A stretch of DNA of 64,000 bases from NCBI RefSeq assembly GCF_009914755.1, contig NC_060943.1; one strand, 5' to 3'. Of the stretch, positions 44,540 through 64,000 are shown in pieces (the first letter of the stretch is position 1; every line of letters starts with the position of its first letter). A model generated the notes under the pieces. The model did no database searches, had not been told where the DNA came from, and worked only from the letters and a program-made list of their open reading frames with translations. The stretch is from the human T2T-CHM13v2.0 reference genome, Homo sapiens. The position numbers and the translations under genes are program-made.

Positions 44540-46010
44540 GCGTAACGAACGAATGCAGACTCAGCCACGCGGAACAGCAGGAATGCGGTGTCTCGGCTCT
44601 GAACGGTGGAAATCCAGGTGCGGGCTAGCTGGGCCCTACGCTCCAGGTCTCGCAGGGTGTCATCAGGGCTGAGATCTCACTGACACCCAGGGTCCTCTTC
44701 CAAGCTCACTGGAGGTCGGAAGAGTCCACCTCCTGGTGGCTGTGGACTGAGGCCCCGTGTCCTGGCTGGCTGTTGGCGGGGATGGCTCTTGGCACCGAGA
44801 GGCTGCCCTCGGGTCCTCGCTTCATGCCCTTCTCCTGGCACACCCTGGCTTTTTGCTTCTCCAAGGCCAGCAGGAGGGTGAGTGGCTCACCTGATTAGGC
44901 CAGGCCCACCCCCTCCCTTTTGATGAACTCAGCGCTAACCGATCTGGGGCGGTCATCACAGCTGCAACATCCCCTCTGCTGGGATTCTGACATAATGGCA
45001 GGAGTGACACGCACGGCAGTCCCAGCCCTACCCACACTCGAGGGGAGGGAAGAGCATGGGGCGTGCGGAGCAGGGGCTGGAAGCTCAGGGAGCCACCCTG
45101 GAACTCTACTCTGCCACACTAACAGGCTCAGATGATTTAATCCCAGACAACAGCCCTTCTCCTCCTTTCTGGACACTAGGCACGAGGAAAAGCAGGGCCA
45201 GGGGTTGGGGGATAAGCTTAGGGCTTCCATGCTTTCGTTGGGAGGAAGAACAGGGGGTCCTCATATCTCCACCAAGTATGTAACCAACACAAATTCAATG
45301 TCACATCTGGCACTGGCCCAGAGAGAGGAAGCCACTCACCCAGGGTCACCCAGCAAGCATGGCCAGGGCTGGTCACACTGTGGCCTGACAGGGGACCCAC
45401 ACTCTGGGCTGCTGATATGGGGGAGCTCAAGGAACAGGTCAGCAGAGGATGATGCTGTCAGGAGTTGGGGTGGACAGACTCCAAGATGGCCCCAGAAGCC
45501 CCTGCCTCTTGACAGCCATACCCTGTGAGGTCCTGGCCACTTGAGTATGGGAAGGACTTGAACTTGCTTCTAACCAGCAGGACACTGGGGCAGAGGGGAA
45601 GGGATACCCTGTCACCTCTGCATGACATGGGACTGTGCCCTCTGTCTTACACAGAGTCATGGCCATCTTCTCCATTTGCTGATGAAGGAACTGATCATGC
45701 TGGGGAGGTCCACGTGGCCAGGCTCTGAGGGCTGCCCCAGCCAACAGACACTGACAAACAGACACCTTCGGTCTGACAACCAATGAGGAACTGAACCTGG
45801 CTTACAACCACATGAGCTTAGAGGCCGACCCATCCCCGGTTGAACGTTGAGATGAGACCACAGCCCAGGAGACACTGTGACTGCTGCCTTGTGAGCTCCT
45901 GAAGCAGTGCCCAGACCCCTGACTCACAGAAACTGTGAGATGATAAACGTCTGTAGTCCTAAGGTGCTCAGTTTGCTATAATTTGTTACGCAACAGTAGC
46001 TGACTGATAT
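44540..46010. mobile_element. Two MLT1 LTR fragments in SLC39A3 intron 2 (~44540-45030 -, ~45520-46010 +)
   Basis: GGGTCCTCTTCCAAGCTCACT...GGACTGAGGCCCC; ATTTGTTACGCAACAGTAGCTGACTGATA. Confidence 0.7.
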
Positions 46011-46225
46011 AGGAACCGAAGAGAGGCCATGCTTTCCAGCTTCAGGACAGAGTGTGCCCTACCTAGGTGGGTAGTCTGGTCTGATTATCAGGTGACAACC
46101 GACAAGTCCACCTGTTGGGAATCCCAGGTCTGGTCCAAACCCCTTGTTTGGCCGGTAGAGCACAGAGACAGAAAGTAACCAGTTCACAATCACACAGCAA
46201 ATTCACTTCCTACTTTCCGTCACCC

Positions 46226-46543
46226 TTACAGCATCAAGGCCTTCACTGAACTTGGCATCAGTGTTGAAAATGCATCAGAGTCCCTTGGCCATAAGGTGCC
46301 AAGGGCTGCTGCTAGTGCCCAGGGAGCCCTTACCTTTTCCCTCACAGCGGGCAGCAGAGCGTTGAAGCACGTGGCCAGAAACACCCCTCCTCCAAAGGTG
46401 TTGCAGAGAGAGAGGATCTTTTTCGAGCGATGGGCCTTCTCAAAATCTGTCTCGATGATCTTCACGGGGAGCAGGGAGCCGAGCAGCATGAAGAAGAACA
46501 CGCCCACCATGCACAGGATTTTGGCCACTAGCAATTTCACCAT
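46226..46543 (-). CDS. SLC39A3: Putative 105-aa truncated ZIP3 isoform reading through the exon-2 donor
   Basis: The frame stays open for 35 codons past K70 (VRAPWAL...KALML*). Confidence 0.6.
   Translation of the reverse strand: MVKLLVAKILCMVGVFFFMLLGSLLPVKIIETDFEKAHRSKKILSLCNTFGGGVFLATCFNALLPAVREKVRAPWALAAALGTLWPRDSDAFSTLMPSSVKALML
46334..46543 (-). CDS. SLC39A3: Zinc transporter ZIP3, first coding exon (aa 1-70)
   Basis: Perfect Kozak GCCGCCACCATGG; [26 protein letters not shown] (TM1), [14 protein letters not shown] (TM2); phase-0 donor AAG|GTAAGG; 70+244=314 aa. Confidence 0.98.
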
Positions 46544-46665
46544 GGTGGCGGCTTGGGCTGCTCTGGTCACTGCAGGGCCAAACCATCTGTGGGCGCACAC
46601 CCAAGTCCCACGATGTGCTACCGAGCCCAACCACACAGTTGGAGGCTCATGTCTCAGTCCAGCAA
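46544..46665 (-). other. SLC39A3: 5' UTR part of SLC39A3 exon 2 (122 nt) with two upstream ATGs (46650, 46586)
   Basis: Acceptor GTTCACAG|TTG at 46666/46665. Confidence 0.7.
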
Positions 46666-46699
46666 CTGTGAACATCAGGGGCACTGCATTAGCTTTCTT

Positions 46700-48493
<1,794 letters not shown>

Positions 48494-48999
48494 TCAAAAA
48501 CCGCTGGCTGAACACATGGACGAGGGGAAGCGTGTGGCCACTGATAAGGGCCGCATTTTACCTGATGCAATGGGCCAAAGTGAAGTCGGTTTCACCCTGG
48601 ACCCCAAAATGTCACCGTTCTTAGGAGGAATCTCAGCTCCTCCCCTGTCCTTGAGTTTTCCCCAACTGGGTTTTCTCCCCCACCATCAGCCCCAAGCGCC
48701 TCATGGCCCCGCTACCTCACTGCATTCAGGTCTTCGGGTCACTGCTCAGATGTCTCCACTCAGAGCTCTCCCCGCCCCCTTCCCTGGTGTTATTTTCTTT
48801 TATTTTGTGCTACAGAGGGAGCTAGGAATTACATTATTTTAAGTCATTTAAAGTCGTCCCTCCCCCCCGGCGGTGAGCTGGGCGGGACCAGGCTGTCTGT
48901 CTTGCTCAGGGCCAGCTGCACCCAGCGCAGAGCCACCCAGGCACACAGTAGGCGCCCAATAAAGACCTGTCCGGCATCTGGATACCTCAGTCTGTACAG

Positions 49000-49700
49000 T
49001 GAAGGTGAGGGTGGCCTGCACGCTCTCAAACCGGAGGCTGCTCGGGCCGGGATGAGGAGGGCACGGGCTCATTCATTCAATCAGCACTTATTGAGCGCCT
49101 TCTGTGTGCCTCGCGCTACCGGGCACCGGAGACGGGCCTCGGCTAACGTGCGGGTAGAGTCCAACAGACCCCCGGCCGCTCAGCGCCGCCCCGCCCCGCC
49201 GCCCCAGGTCCTCTCTCTGCCCGCACCTACCTCCCGGGGGCCCCTCGTCCGCCGACTGGCGCCGCTGCACGCCCAACGGCCGCGCAGTCTCGACCCCACA
49301 GACGCGGCCCGGAGAGGCCCCGCTCGGCGCGGCTGGTCCACGCCCCGCCCACGCCCCTGCCCATTGGCCTCCCCGAGACCCGCTGGCAGAACTTTCCATA
49401 CTATTGGCTGCGAAACCTGCCACTCATATGCGACTCCACCTCTCCTACCGGCACAGGAAAGGGGTTTCCTCCCGCTGAGCGGCGGGCGCAGCCACCAAGC
49501 GGCCCCGGCGGGAAACCCGGATTGGCGAGGAACGGTTCCGGCAGGGTTGGGTTTCCAGAGCTGTCCAGGGGCGCCTGGTGCTGAATCCCGCTTGGAAAGA
49601 GGCTTGGAGGTGGATGGGAAGGGATTTCCAACGGAGGCGGCTCCTCTCTCAGCGTCCTCGCTGCTGATCCCCTTACCGACGGCTGAAGAAGCAGATTCAT
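49000..49700 (-). promoter_or_regulatory. SLC39A3: SLC39A3 CpG-island promoter: GC box (~49341-49350), three minus-oriented CCAAT boxes (~49363, 49403, 49521), split RE1 (49557-49585)
   Basis: Motifs read directly. Confidence 0.8.
49231..49315 (-). other. SLC39A3: SLC39A3 non-coding exon 1 (5' end approximate)
   Basis: Donor GGGAG|GTAGGT at 49231/49230 in a CpG island. Confidence 0.8.
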
Positions 49701-49884
49701 CCCTTCAACAAATCTCTGTTGATAGGCAGGAGGAGTAAGTCCAAGAGATCGACTGTACATCATGGTGGCTACAGCTCGTAACAATGCATTGCATACTGCA
49801 AAATTGCTAAGAAAGTAGATGTTACATGTTCAAACCATGAAAAAATAAGTATAGGAGGTAACGCGTAAGTTAAAAACCAAATCT

Positions 49885-58200
<8,316 letters not shown>

Positions 58201-58544
58201 TAAGTAAATAAAAATGTATAAAGGTTGAAAAAGCACCATTAACGAAAGAGAGGGAGACAGAGGAACGGGGCTCCCCAAGTCTACCTGGGCTTGGCAAGAA
58301 TTCGGGACCACCGTGAGCTGATGAGAATTTCTGGTTTCTGGTGGGCTTCGCGGGTCCTCGCGCGCCCACGCTGCCGGGCCTCATGTCTTTGACCCTGCAT
58401 CCCACAGGTATCTCAGGGCCAGCCTGGCTCCCTGGTCCACTGCGTGCATCCTCTTGGCTCCATCAAAGCACGAGCACCCGGTAGGACATCCCTGCTTCGG
58501 AGGATGTTTTCTCCGTGTCATTCTGAAAGGAGACCCGATTCTAA

Positions 58545-63690
<5,146 letters not shown>

Positions 63691-64000
63691 AAAGCAAAGC
63701 AACAGACAATACGATCACTCTCTGCTGAGGACCGAGGCATCTCACCCCACCCTGGGGTGACCCTCTACACCGGGATGCAGCTGGGGACGGAGGCGGAGGG
63801 AAGGGAGACAGCAGAGGGTAGAGGCTGACTGTCCGAAACCTCCCATGACCCGTGACCCGTGACCCAAGAAGTGCGGCTCCGGCGTCGCGGGGATTCACTC
63901 ACAAGCAGCCCAGCTGATCCACAAACTCCGCGTCGGGGGTTTTCTCGAGGTTTGGGGTTGGAGGGTATCGGTGGCGCCAAGGTCAACACGAAGACAGACA

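Noticed and set aside
63700-64000. 3' end of the next gene (SGTA by recalled gene order)
   Set aside because: No exon or poly(A) signal is visible within the window

Overview
Human (primate) genomic DNA: very Alu-dense, GC-rich and CpG-island-rich. It matches the chr19p13.3 block GNG7 - DIRAS1 - SLC39A3, with all three genes on the minus strand. Two coding genes are read directly from sequence. DIRAS1 is a 198-aa Ras-like GTPase with a single coding exon (26497-27093) and a non-coding exon 1 ending at 30591. SLC39A3/ZIP3 is a 314-aa zinc importer with coding exons 46334-46543 and 42037-42771 and exon 1 ending at 49231. A CpG-island promoter and short non-coding first exon near 12.9 kb is assigned to GNG7 from recalled gene order only. 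The rest is roughly 80-90 Alu pieces (including a young AluYb8), old L1/L2/MIR/MLT/MST fragments, about nine MER20 copies, three VNTRs and several microsatellites. Almost all other ORFs in the track are Alu, low-complexity or antisense artefacts. Main leads: (1) the phase-0 SLC39A3 exon-2 donor is in frame with the DIRAS1 exon-2 acceptor across a stop-free 69-nt leader, and SLC39A3 lacks a canonical poly(A) signal, so read-through would give a 291-aa ZIP3(1-70)-DIRAS1 fusion; (2) a MER20-derived intronic AATAAA could terminate a 105-aa ZIP3 isoform; (3) the SLC39A3 5' end has a split RE1/REST site, downstream MRE cores and two uORFs; (4) dispersed MER20 copies share the same GC-shifted variants; (5) a CRE + AP-1 + MEF2 module lies upstream of DIRAS1; (6) GNG7 has tandem B-boxes and a switch-region-like AGCT/G-run repeat. 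All coordinates and counts were read by eye. Repeat subfamily calls rely on remembered consensus sequences.
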